Below are positions 47,115 to 58,284 of a DNA stretch of 64,000 nt, one piece after another. The notes beneath the pieces are model-generated. The model was not told the origin of the DNA, did not search any database, and saw only the letters and a program-made list of their open reading frames with translations. Both the position numbers and the translations under genes were made by a program. The DNA lies in the NCBI GenBank assembly GCA_050287725.1, contig JBNKCL010000008.1:2129-66128 (forward strand), written 5' to 3'. Position 1 is the first letter of the stretch, and each line of letters starts with the position of its first letter. This DNA is from Sedimenticolaceae bacterium. GTDB taxonomy: Bacteria; Pseudomonadota; Gammaproteobacteria; Chromatiales; Chromatiaceae.

Positions 47115-48479
47115 TCAAAACTGCCAGACCAGCCCGACGGAAACGATATTCACATCCGAGTCATAGCTGCCCGACAGTACATGTCCGAAATTGCTGTCCG
47201 TCGCCTCGATCTCCGTGTCGTCCACGAACAGATGCGCCAGAGCGAAATCGAGCGTCACGTCCGAAGACGGCTGATAAGAGACACCGGCGGCAAGCCAGAT
47301 TCTGTTATTGCCGGGAATCCGCGGCGTCCGATCTTCGTCGCTGGGAATCGGCGTCCGATCGTAGGCCACACCGCCACGCCAGGTCCACTGCGCGCTATGA
47401 CGGTAGTTGAAACCCAGCGAGACCTTATAGGTGTCTCTCCAATTTTCCGGCTGTACGGAATCGCTTTTCAGCGGATTGTCGAATTTGATCCGCAGTTCGT
47501 CAAAGCTGCTCCATTCCGTCCAGGTCACGTCGGCCATAAGCTCCCATTTCGGCGACACCTGAGTGGTGACACTCAAAGAGAGACTCGCCGGCAGGGTCAC
47601 TTCCGCGGAGGCGCCGGTATCGGCTAAAACCGCGCCCATGACCGCCTGCGCAGTTGCGTTCGGCGCAGTGAAATCCGCGGTCCCGGTCAGTTTCTGTTTG
47701 ACCTCAGAGCGGTATGCAAGCCCGATCCGGGTTCCCTGATTCAATTCATAGAGAAGCCCAAGATTAAATCCGTAGCTCCAATCATCCCCCTCAACCACAA
47801 CCGTCCCGTCCGTTGCCGCGGTCCCGGGCGTGGCCAGACCAAAACCGGCACAGGCTGCGGGCCCGGCGGCGCCGATACAGGCGGCGCTGTAATCCACCGC
47901 GTTGGAGAGCTCCGCACTCGCGCGCATAAAGTTAAGGCCCGCCCCCAGAGAGAGCTGGTCATTCATTTTATAGGCGATGGATGGATTGATATTGACGGTC
48001 TTCACATCCGACTTGATGGCGTGATAGCGTCCTTCCCAATCGTCGTCGTATTCGGTTCTCATCCCGAACGGCGCGCTGATGCCCAGGCCGAGCACCATGC
48101 GGTCATTTATTTCATTGGCATAAAAGAAGGTGGGAACAAACGAACCGCCGCCCGCGTCGCCGCCGTCTCCACCACTGATGGTCGCGCCGCCCAGCAGCGG
48201 ATTGGTAGTGGCGTTGCCGGAAAACTCTGCGGACGGGACAATGTAGTGTGCCCCCACCACCACTTGTTTCCCGCGCAACCTCGTCATCCCGGCCGGATTG
48301 AAAAAGATGGTGGAAGCATCTTCGGCGGAAGCAGCTCCCCCCGAAACCGCGCTGCCGACTTGCTTGACGCTCTGCTCGACCAGCGCGAAGCCCGACGCGC
48401 CGGCCTCTCCCGCTGCAATCAGCGCCGCACCCATCATGACCAGCGGCACTGCCGCAGGAATGGTTCTTTGGTGACTCAT
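47115..48479 (-). CDS. fadL: FadL/OmpP1/TodX-family outer-membrane long-chain fatty acid transporter
   Basis: Signal peptide. [22 protein letters not shown]-terminal hatch motif. C-terminal ...VGLVWQF. Confidence 0.85.
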   Translation of the reverse strand: MSHQRTIPAAVPLVMMGAALIAAGEAGASGFALVEQSVKQVGSAVSGGAASAEDASTIFFNPAGMTRLRGKQVVVGAHYIVPSAEFSGNATTNPLLGGATISGGDGGDAGGGSFVPTFFYANEINDRMVLGLGISAPFGMRTEYDDDWEGRYHAIKSDVKTVNINPSIAYKMNDQLSLGAGLNFMRASAELSNAVDYSAACIGAAGPAACAGFGLATPGTAATDGTVVVEGDDWSYGFNLGLLYELNQGTRIGLAYRSEVKQKLTGTADFTAPNATAQAVMGAVLADTGASAEVTLPASLSLSVTTQVSPKWELMADVTWTEWSSFDELRIKFDNPLKSDSVQPENWRDTYKVSLGFNYRHSAQWTWRGGVAYDRTPIPSDEDRTPRIPGNNRIWLAAGVSYQPSSDVTLDFALAHLFVDDTEIEATDSNFGHVLSGSYDSDVNIVSVGLVWQF

Positions 48480-48505
48480 TTTGACTCCCGTAATTTAATT
48501 ATCGG

Positions 48506-48544
48506 CCGGCAAACGACCGCCCTCCTCAGGCGGTCGTTTGCCGG
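48506..48544 (-). terminator. perfect 16-bp hairpin between fadD-like and fadL
   Basis: CCGGCAAACGACCGCC-ctcctca-GGCGGTCGTTTGCCGG. No strong U-tract, so it could be a terminator, a processing site or a stabiliser. Confidence 0.4.
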
Positions 48545-48668
48545 CATTGGACGCAACACCTCCTTGCTCCTTTTGATACGGCAAGCCATTGCCCACACCG
48601 GCCCTGAAAGGACCCGGCCGGAAAGTCCGTTGATACACGATCGCTACGAATTCCGATCCGGCGCGCAA

Positions 48669-50468
48669 TCAATGCCCCGAGTAGAGTTCCGCCACCGGCA
48701 CTTCCAGCTTTTTCATCACTTGGGCGCGCTTTAATTTATGCGTCGGGGTCATCAAGCCGTTCTCCACCGACCACGGCTCGAAGCTCAGATAGACGCGCAA
48801 CACCCGGGCGTACCCCGGAAACATCTTGATTCGCTCACCGATTCGAGCCAGCACCGCATCCTCCACCTCGGGTGTTTGCAACATGCGGGGCTGATTCGGA
48901 TCGACGCCGATGGAAGGTGCGAACTCTTTCCAGTACTCGGGGTCCAGGATGCAGAGCGCGGAGAGATAGGGCCTCTGTTCGCCTACCACCATCACCTGCT
49001 CGATCAGCGGATCCATGGCGATGGCCATCTCCATGTCGGCCGGCGAAACCTTTTCCCCGTTACTGAGAACGATGATCTCTTTGATACGTCCGGTGATATA
49101 GACATGGCCCTCCTCGTCCATGCGCGCCTTGTCTCCGGTATGCAGCCAGCCGTCGGCATCCAGCACCCGGCCGTTGTTATTCTGATCGTTCCAGTATCCG
49201 AGCATGATGTTCGGCCCTCGGGCCAACAACTCATCCTGATCCCCGATTCGGACCTCCACCCCGTCCACCACCCGCCCCACGCTTTCGGGCACGTTGTCGC
49301 CCGGCCGGTTGCAACTGATCACCGGGGAGCTCTCCGTCAATCCATACCCCTGCAATATCGGGACGCCTAAGCCGATGAAGGTCCGCGATATCCCAGGCAT
49401 CAGAGCCGCACCGCCACTCACGGCAACTCTCACACGCCCACCCAGTTTGTCCGTAAGCTTGCGGGCCACCAGGCGCTCCAGCAACGGCCACAACAACAGG
49501 GACACTCCCCACTTCGCGCGCCCCTGCTGAATAAGAAAACGCCTCCAACCCACCTTTACGGCAAAATCGAACAGTCGTTTTGCGACAGGTCCTTTCTTTT
49601 CCAGACCGGTCATCACCTTGGCATAGACGCGCTCGTAGATACGTGGCACGCTGACCAGCGCGGTTGGGCGGATTATCTGCAGGTCCTCCGCCAGCTGGGT
49701 TATCGACCGGGAATAGGCGATGGTCATCCCCACCATCACGGCGAAGTAGTAGCCGAGAGTGCGCTCCAAGGTATGGGAAAGGGGCAGAAAGGAGAGATTG
49801 ATGTCCGATTCGCCGAGATCGACCACCCGGGCAGCCGCTTCCGCGTTGCTCAACATATTCCGGTGGCTCAGGATCACGCCTTTCGGAAAACCGGTAGTCC
49901 CAGAGGTGTAGACGATGGATGCAGGATCGTCGCTTTGGGCATTCGAACCGCGCAAGACCCCGCCCTCATCCGGCAACCAATCCGCCAACGCCGTTACCCG
50001 CGTATCACAGACTTGCGTCGCCACCGGTTTGACATGAACGATGCGCTGAACCGCCGGCATCGCCTGCAGCTCGGGCTCGATGCGATCCCACTCCTCCTGA
50101 CCGCCGACCACCAACACCCGGCTTCCAGAATCACGCAGGATGTAGGACACATTGCCGCCGCGGTCATCCGCGTAGACCGGCACGGTGATCAGTCCCAATG
50201 CCAGTGCGGCCTGATCGAACATGACCCACTCGCAACAGTTTCGCATCATCACCGCGATCCGGTCGCCCGGCGACAATCCTTCCTGTACCAGAGCGTCCTG
50301 CCAACGCGCCACCTGGCGGGCCATTTGGGCCCAGGTAAGATCACGCCAAACTTCGCTGCTGCAATCGAAGTATCGAAAGCCCACCGCATCGGGAGAAAGC
50401 TCCACCCGGCGTCGGAACAGCCCCCCCAAGGTGACGGCCTCTTCGGTAGTAATAAGTCGTGGCTTCAT
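48669..50468 (-). CDS. fadD: long-chain fatty acid-CoA ligase (AMP-dependent synthetase)
   Basis: YTSGTTGFPKGV, GYGLTESSP and TGDKARMDEEG motifs. Start taken at MKPRLITTEE. Confidence 0.85.
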   Translation of the reverse strand: MKPRLITTEEAVTLGGLFRRRVELSPDAVGFRYFDCSSEVWRDLTWAQMARQVARWQDALVQEGLSPGDRIAVMMRNCCEWVMFDQAALALGLITVPVYADDRGGNVSYILRDSGSRVLVVGGQEEWDRIEPELQAMPAVQRIVHVKPVATQVCDTRVTALADWLPDEGGVLRGSNAQSDDPASIVYTSGTTGFPKGVILSHRNMLSNAEAAARVVDLGESDINLSFLPLSHTLERTLGYYFAVMVGMTIAYSRSITQLAEDLQIIRPTALVSVPRIYERVYAKVMTGLEKKGPVAKRLFDFAVKVGWRRFLIQQGRAKWGVSLLLWPLLERLVARKLTDKLGGRVRVAVSGGAALMPGISRTFIGLGVPILQGYGLTESSPVISCNRPGDNVPESVGRVVDGVEVRIGDQDELLARGPNIMLGYWNDQNNNGRVLDADGWLHTGDKARMDEEGHVYITGRIKEIIVLSNGEKVSPADMEMAIAMDPLIEQVMVVGEQRPYLSALCILDPEYWKEFAPSIGVDPNQPRMLQTPEVEDAVLARIGERIKMFPGYARVLRVYLSFEPWSVENGLMTPTHKLKRAQVMKKLEVPVAELYSGH

Positions 50469-50537
50469 GCCGACAGTTCCTGGACGATCTTCCTGCGCCC
50501 GCATCGGTTCACGACTCTGCATCTGTTTAACTCGCGG

Positions 50538-51362
50538 TCAATCCAAAAAGAAATCCGGCAACAATTGCCCGTTGGGATCCACAGCGTATTGCTTGAAGTC
50601 ATTAACGCCTTCTTCCAGCAACACCTCTTCGTCAATAAAGAAATTGCCGCTGCAGGAACGACTGTCACGCGTCAGAATCGCATGCGCCGCATCGGCGACG
50701 ATCTCGGCGGTGCGACAGTTTTCCGGCTTCACCATTCCTTCCAGCATGGCGACGGCCGCGGTGTAGATAACGGTTCGCGGCCACAGCGCATTGACCGCGA
50801 CACCTTGATCACGAAACTCTTCCGCCATGCCCAGCACACAAAGGCTCATCCCGTACTTGGCCATGGTGTACGCGCAGTGATGCTTGAACCACTTGGGATT
50901 CAGTGAGAGAGGCGGCGAAAGATTCAGGATGTGGGGGTTGTCCGCCTTAAGCAGATGCGGCAAACAAGCCTGGGATGTCGCAAAGGTGCCGCGGGCATTG
51001 ACCTGGTGCATCAGGTCGTAGCGTTTCATCGGGGTCTGCAAAGTGCCGGTAAGATTGATGGCGCTGGCATTGTTCACCAGGATATCGATACCGCCGAAGC
51101 GGCCCACCGTCTTTTGTACCGCCTCGGCGATCTGCTGCTCGTCGCGGATATCGGTCTTGACCGCAAACGCCCTGCCGCCCGCCTGCTGGATCTCGGCGGC
51201 CGCCGAATCCAAGGTCCCGGGCAAACGGGGATGCGGCGTGTCGGTCTTGGCGGCGATTGCAATATTGGCGCCGTCTCTTGCGGCGCGCAAAGCAATCGCC
51301 AAACCGATCCCGCGGGTTCCCCCGGTGATGAACAGCGTTTTCCCCCGTAGGGCAGTCATCAA
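50538..51362 (-). CDS. SDR-family oxidoreductase
   Basis: TLFITGGTRGIG cofactor motif and YTMAKYG catalytic motif. 274 aa. Confidence 0.8.
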   Translation of the reverse strand: MMTALRGKTLFITGGTRGIGLAIALRAARDGANIAIAAKTDTPHPRLPGTLDSAAAEIQQAGGRAFAVKTDIRDEQQIAEAVQKTVGRFGGIDILVNNASAINLTGTLQTPMKRYDLMHQVNARGTFATSQACLPHLLKADNPHILNLSPPLSLNPKWFKHHCAYTMAKYGMSLCVLGMAEEFRDQGVAVNALWPRTVIYTAAVAMLEGMVKPENCRTAEIVADAAHAILTRDSRSCSGNFFIDEEVLLEEGVNDFKQYAVDPNGQLLPDFFLD

Positions 51363-51454
51363 CTCTATCCTCCCTATTTCTTCATCCGACCCGGCACGTT
51401 CGGCCGGCTGATGTACGTGGCGTTATCCCATCTGTCGGGCGCCCGCCATACTCT

Positions 51455-51967
51455 TTATTCAACAGCCTCTGATTTCATGCGGAGCACTTCCTCCGTCATG
51501 GGTGGGGACTCTCCCTGATACCCCAGGTACTCGAGCAGCCTTTGCGAGGACACCGCCGCCCCCTTGCGATCGATGAACAGACCACGAACGATGGCGACGG
51601 CATGCACTCCCCGATGGCTTTCCAGCAACTGCTCCATATAAAACCATTTCGCATCCCAGCACAGCAGCCTGCTTTTCACGCTGAAACTCCGGAACGGCAG
51701 TAGCGGACGGCGGAATTTGATATCGATCTGCCCCACCACCGGCATCCATCGCTCCCGCCGCACCATAGTCAACATATCGGCGCGTATCAGCAGGTCCGTG
51801 CGTCCCAGATCCATGAAACTGAGATAACGCGCATTGGTCATATGCAGGTTGATGTCCAGGTCCGTCGGCAACACCCGGAACCTCAACTCGGAACTGTCGA
51901 GCGGACCGATACGCGGCCGGAACAGAGCCGCCACAAAAATCCGCAGCATGCGAAAGAGCAGGTTCAA
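51455..51967 (-). CDS. hotdog-fold acyl-CoA thioesterase-like protein
   Basis: 170 aa. The pattern VLPTDLDINLHMTNARYLSFMDLGR is typical of the 4HBT-type thioesterase-like family. Confidence 0.65.
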   Translation of the reverse strand: MNLLFRMLRIFVAALFRPRIGPLDSSELRFRVLPTDLDINLHMTNARYLSFMDLGRTDLLIRADMLTMVRRERWMPVVGQIDIKFRRPLLPFRSFSVKSRLLCWDAKWFYMEQLLESHRGVHAVAIVRGLFIDRKGAAVSSQRLLEYLGYQGESPPMTEEVLRMKSEAVE

Positions 51968-51994
51968 TGCATCACTCTCCGCTGTTCAGCAACA

Positions 51995-53779
<1,785 letters not shown>

Positions 53780-53782
53780 GCT

Positions 53783-56107
53783 TCAGTTCCTCAGGGGTTT
53801 GCCGGTTTCCAATATGTGTTCCATGCGCGCCAGGGTGTCCGGGTGCCGGGACAGGCGCACGAACTGCTCCAGCTCCAGATCCAGAACGTCCCGTTCGGAC
53901 AGGGATTCGGTGATATCGGTATCGCCGCCGCTGAGAACCTCGATCAGGCCATCGGCCACCACCTTGTCGTGCGGGGTCACCTTGCCCAGCTTGGCGAACC
54001 CTTCCACACCCATCTCCATGGTGACGCGCGCGGTGGGACCGGGCAGGTTAAGTTCCACCGGCTCGGGCGGGGCATAGCCCTCCACCAGCGACAGGGCCTT
54101 CGCCTTGGCGTCGGCCAGCAGGCGGTCCCGGTTCATGGTGACGCCGTCCCCCTCGCGCAGAAACATATAGTCGAACGCCTCCGGGGCGCTCTTGGCCACA
54201 GTGGCCACGCTGATGGTTTCAAACGCCTTGATCACCGGCGGCATGGGACCCCCGGGTCGACGCTGGTTCAGCGTCCAGCGGGTCAACAGCTCTTTACAGC
54301 CGCCCCAGGCGGGGACGATCCCGACCCCTACCTCTACCAGACCCACATAGGTCTCGGCGTGGGCCTGCAGTGCGTCACAGTGGAGCAGGATCTCGCAGCC
54401 GCCGCCCAGGGCCAGGCCGGAGGGGGCGCCCACCACCGGGAAGGGGGCGTACTTGAGCGCCAGGTAGGTTTCCTGCCCCTCTTTCACCAGCGCCTTGGCC
54501 TCGGCCCACATGGCCAGATTGGCGGCATACATCAGCAGTCCCAGATTGGCGCCCGCGGAAAAATTCTCGCCCTCGTTGTAGACCACCAGTGCTTGGTAGC
54601 CCTTGGCCGGCACCAGTTCCACGGCCGTGCGGATCATGGCCATGATCAGCGGATCCATGGTGTTCATCTTGGAGGTGAACTCCAGGCAGACCACACCGTC
54701 GCCGATGTCCCACAGGGCGGCGGAGGGATTCTTCGCCAACGGTTTGCTGCGGCGCTTGATATCGGCCAGCAGCAGGACGCCTTCCGGACGCGGCAGGTCG
54801 CGGTACTCCCCTGCGACGGTGAAATACTGCAAGCCACCGTTTTCAGTGCGATAGAAAGAGCGTTCACCGATCGCTTCCAGCAACGGCGGCACGGCCATGC
54901 CCTCGGCACGCAGGCGCTCGGCGAACCAGGCGCCGCCGATGCGATCGATCAGCTCAAACGGACCGTACTTCCATGCGTACCCGAGACGCATCGCCTCGTC
55001 CACCGCATAGATATGATCGTTGATCTGCGGCACCAGACCGGCGGCATAGCTCAAAACCTTGGAGAGCACGCTCCAGGCGTAGCGTCCACCTTGGTCGGGA
55101 TGTTCCAGCATGGCGCGCAGACCCAGCTTGGCGGCGTCGACGCTTTCCAGGCTCGGCTTCACCGAAACCGAATATTCGCCGGTCTGCAGGTCGACACTCT
55201 CCTTGACCTTGCCGCCGCCCTCGCGGTTGATGCGATAGAAACCGCCTTTTCCTTTACGGCCGGTATAGCCGTCCGCGATCATGCGCTCCAACAGCGGCGG
55301 GATCTCGGCCACCTCGAAGAAGGGATCGCCCTCTGGCAGGGTCGCCTTCATGCTCTGCATCAGGTGCGGCATAAGGTCGAGACCCACCAGGTCGGAAAGA
55401 CCGAACACACCGGTCTTGGGAATCCCCACCGGTTTGCCGATCACGGCGTCCGCCACTTCTACGGAAACCCCCATACGGAAGGCCTCCAACACGGCGACTT
55501 GAATCCAGTAGATGCCGATACGGTTGGCGATAAATCCCGGGGTGTCCTTGCAGTCGACCACCCCCTTGCCCAGCCGGTGATCGCAGAATCGTTTCAGACC
55601 GGCGACCGCCTCATCCCGGGTCCGGTCGCCCTTGACGATCTCCAGCAGACGCATGTAGCGGGGCGGGTTGAAGAAGTGGGTGATCAGGAAATCCCGGGCG
55701 AAGCCGTCCGGCATCTCCGCCACCAGATGATCCAGCGGAATGCTGGAGGTATTGGAAGAGACCAGCGAGCCGGGTTTGCGCACCGCGTCGATCTTGCGAT
55801 AGAGCGCTTGCTTGATGTCGAGACGCTCGATCACCGCCTCGACGATCCAGTCGCACTCCGCCAGCAGTTCCAGATGATCTTCGATGTTGCCGGTAGTGAC
55901 CAGCTTGGCATTGCGCTTGTGCATAAAGGCCGCGGGTTCGGTCTTGAGCAGTTTCTTCAGCGCGGTGTCGGCGATGACGTTACGTTCTTTCGCCCCTTCC
56001 GGCACGATATCGAGCAACACCACCGGCACCCCGGCGTTGGCCAGGTGCGCGGCGATCCCCGCCCCCATGACGCCGGCGCCGATGACGGCAACCTTGTTGA
56101 TCTCCAT
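53783..56107 (-). CDS. multifunctional 3-hydroxyacyl-CoA dehydrogenase / enoyl-CoA hydratase (FadB-like, N-terminal dehydrogenase arrangement)
   Basis: ATG at 56107 (MEINKVAVIGAGVMGAGIAAH). C-terminal crotonase-like region (NEGENFSAGANL). ATGA overlap with the thiolase stop. Confidence 0.9.
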   Translation of the reverse strand: MEINKVAVIGAGVMGAGIAAHLANAGVPVVLLDIVPEGAKERNVIADTALKKLLKTEPAAFMHKRNAKLVTTGNIEDHLELLAECDWIVEAVIERLDIKQALYRKIDAVRKPGSLVSSNTSSIPLDHLVAEMPDGFARDFLITHFFNPPRYMRLLEIVKGDRTRDEAVAGLKRFCDHRLGKGVVDCKDTPGFIANRIGIYWIQVAVLEAFRMGVSVEVADAVIGKPVGIPKTGVFGLSDLVGLDLMPHLMQSMKATLPEGDPFFEVAEIPPLLERMIADGYTGRKGKGGFYRINREGGGKVKESVDLQTGEYSVSVKPSLESVDAAKLGLRAMLEHPDQGGRYAWSVLSKVLSYAAGLVPQINDHIYAVDEAMRLGYAWKYGPFELIDRIGGAWFAERLRAEGMAVPPLLEAIGERSFYRTENGGLQYFTVAGEYRDLPRPEGVLLLADIKRRSKPLAKNPSAALWDIGDGVVCLEFTSKMNTMDPLIMAMIRTAVELVPAKGYQALVVYNEGENFSAGANLGLLMYAANLAMWAEAKALVKEGQETYLALKYAPFPVVGAPSGLALGGGCEILLHCDALQAHAETYVGLVEVGVGIVPAWGGCKELLTRWTLNQRRPGGPMPPVIKAFETISVATVAKSAPEAFDYMFLREGDGVTMNRDRLLADAKAKALSLVEGYAPPEPVELNLPGPTARVTMEMGVEGFAKLGKVTPHDKVVADGLIEVLSGGDTDITESLSERDVLDLELEQFVRLSRHPDTLARMEHILETGKPLRN

Positions 56108-57243
56108 CAGAGCGCCTCCAGGATGGTCGCGATGCCCTGACCGCCGCCGATGCACTGGGTGGCGAGCGCGAACTGCTTGCCCTCCCGCCGCAGCAGCGAG
56201 GCCGCCTTGCCGGTGATGCGCGCACCGCTGGCGCCCAGCGGGTGGCCCAGGGCGATGGCGCCGCCGTCCAGGTTGATCTTGTCCGAATCCAGACCCAGGT
56301 CGCGGATACAGGCGAGGGACTGGCTGGCGAAGGCCTCGTTGAGTTCGATGATGTCCAGGTCGGCCACTTCGAGTCCGGCCCGCTGCAACGCCTTGCGGGT
56401 GGCCGCCACCGGACCGATGCCCATGATCTCCGGAGCACAACCGGCTACGGCGATACTCTTGATCGCGGCAATCGGTTTCAGTCCGTGCGCCTGGGCATAC
56501 TCCTCGCTGCAGACCAGGGTGGCGCTGGCGCCGTCGGTCAAAGGCGATGAAGTACCGGCGGTCACCGATCCGTCCTGGGCGAAAGCGGGCTTGAGTCCGG
56601 CCAGACCCTCCACCGAGGTATCAGGGCGGATACAGCCGTCCTGTTCCACCAGGCCCTTGCCGGTGTCGATGGCGACGATCTCGTCGCTCAACTTGCCCGC
56701 AGCGCGCGCCGCCGCCGCCTTTTGGTGACTGAGGACCGCGAACTCCTCCTGCTCGGCGCGGGAGAGCTGGTACTTCCTCGCCACGTTCTCGGCGGTCTCG
56801 CCCATGCCCATGTAGGCGGCGGGCATCACCTGGTAGAGCACCGGATTCGGCATGGGATTGAAGCCGGTCATGGGCACCCGGGTCATGGATTCGACCCCGG
56901 CGGCGATGAAGACCTCACCGGCACCCATCTGGATGGCGCCGGCCGCCATGTGTATGGACTGCATGGAGGAGCCGCAGAAGCGGTTCACCGTGGTGCCCGC
57001 CACCGACTGGGGCAGTCCGGCGAGAAACCCGACCAGGCGCGCCAGATTGAAACCCTGCTCAGCCTCGGGGAAGGCGCAGCCGAGGATCAGGTCCTCGATA
57101 TCTTCCGCTGCGATCCCGCTGTTTGCGACCAGCGCCTTGACCACTTGGGCGGCCATATCGTCTGGACGCACCTTCACCATTTCGCCCTTGCTGGCAAAGG
57201 TAAAGGGGGAACGCACATAGTCAGCAATCACGACACGCTTCAT
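56107..57243 (-). CDS. acetyl-CoA C-acyltransferase (thiolase)
   Basis: ATG at 57243. NRFCGSSMQ active-site Cys. NLDGGAIALGHPLGASG and CIGGGQG motifs. Confidence 0.9.
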   Translation of the reverse strand: MKRVVIADYVRSPFTFASKGEMVKVRPDDMAAQVVKALVANSGIAAEDIEDLILGCAFPEAEQGFNLARLVGFLAGLPQSVAGTTVNRFCGSSMQSIHMAAGAIQMGAGEVFIAAGVESMTRVPMTGFNPMPNPVLYQVMPAAYMGMGETAENVARKYQLSRAEQEEFAVLSHQKAAAARAAGKLSDEIVAIDTGKGLVEQDGCIRPDTSVEGLAGLKPAFAQDGSVTAGTSSPLTDGASATLVCSEEYAQAHGLKPIAAIKSIAVAGCAPEIMGIGPVAATRKALQRAGLEVADLDIIELNEAFASQSLACIRDLGLDSDKINLDGGAIALGHPLGASGARITGKAASLLRREGKQFALATQCIGGGQGIATILEAL

Positions 57244-57303
57244 TGCCTCTCTCCGGATGATTTCGTTACTGGTTAAAAGAAAAAATTCCGACCCTACCAC
57301 GCT

Positions 57304-57696
57304 TCATTTGGCGAGCGACTCGATATTGGTGACACACTCCTGGCGCATCTCTTCCAACTCGGCCAGAGTGGTCTCCAGGTCCTCGCGTTGCTGCTCCAAC
57401 TCGCCGATGCGGCGCTCGACCTTCCCCAGCAACAGCCGTACCTGTTTCGCCTTGGAAGGATCGACGTCATACATGTCGAGATATTCCTTGATGTCCGCCA
57501 GGGTGAACCCCAGGCGCTTGCCCCGCAGAATCAGCTGCATGCGAGCCCGGTCGCGATGGGTGTAGACCCGGGTGGTGCCGGCCCGTTGGGGCTTGATCAG
57601 CCCCTTGGTTTCGTAAAAACGAATGGCACGCGGGGTGATTCCCAATTCATGGGCAAGTTCGGTCACGCTATAAAGATCGCTGGATGTAGGTGTCAT
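57304..57696 (-). CDS. MerR-family transcriptional regulator (LiuR-like by context)
   Basis: YSVTELAHELGITPRAIRFYETKGL HTH and a C-terminal coiled coil. Heads a beta-oxidation operon. Confidence 0.8.
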   Translation of the reverse strand: MTPTSSDLYSVTELAHELGITPRAIRFYETKGLIKPQRAGTTRVYTHRDRARMQLILRGKRLGFTLADIKEYLDMYDVDPSKAKQVRLLLGKVERRIGELEQQREDLETTLAELEEMRQECVTNIESLAK

Positions 57697-57717
57697 ATGG
57701 ACTCACTATAGTTTTGG

Positions 57718-57733
57718 TTGACGTTAACGTCAA
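57718..57733. promoter_or_regulatory. perfect 16-bp palindrome TTGACGTTAACGTCAA overlapping the -35 of the merR-like promoter
   Basis: On the minus strand: TTGACG, a 17-nt spacer, then TATAGT (57705-57710). The ATG is only 8 nt after the -10. Confidence 0.5.
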
Positions 57734-57742
57734 TATTAATCC

Positions 57743-58270
57743 CTATTCGTCATCTCCGGCCGTCCCCGCCGTCAACCGCGCCATTACCGGCCCGTCCTGG
57801 CGAAAGGCGTAACAGCTGTCACGAAACCTGGCGGCCGCCTCCCGGTTCCAATCCTCGTCGGGCAGGCTCTGAAAGGCCACCGTCCCCATACCGCGTAACA
57901 GATCGATCAGGTGGCGGCAGCCGTTGATGCCGCTGAACTGTCGGCTCAGCAGCGCATTCCAGCCGGCGCTCATACTGGCGCCCCGCAACGACTCGAAGCG
58001 CCGGACGATCTCGGCACAGATGTCGAAGGGCGTGCTGTCCATATGCAGCTCGATCTCCCGGATCAACCCGTCGGTCCCAAGCAGGAGTCGGATGCTCATG
58101 TCATGCAGCGCCTGCCCCGCCGGCAACTCGCGATCGAACCCCACCCGGGTGTCATAGGCCTTGGTGTCGATCAGGCGGCTTTCGATCTCCAGCGCGCCGT
58201 CCTCGTGCAACCAGCTTCGGTGCTCGATGGAACGGTGATGCATAGCCTTCCGTGACGGGGTCTCGTTCAT
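57743..58270 (-). CDS. DUF2889-like protein
   Basis: 175-aa ORF between the regulator gene and ETF-QO. The family call is from memory of the HDMSIRLLL...PFDIC pattern. Confidence 0.55.
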   Translation of the reverse strand: MNETPSRKAMHHRSIEHRSWLHEDGALEIESRLIDTKAYDTRVGFDRELPAGQALHDMSIRLLLGTDGLIREIELHMDSTPFDICAEIVRRFESLRGASMSAGWNALLSRQFSGINGCRHLIDLLRGMGTVAFQSLPDEDWNREAAARFRDSCYAFRQDGPVMARLTAGTAGDDE

Positions 58271-58284
58271 ACGTCACTCTTCGC

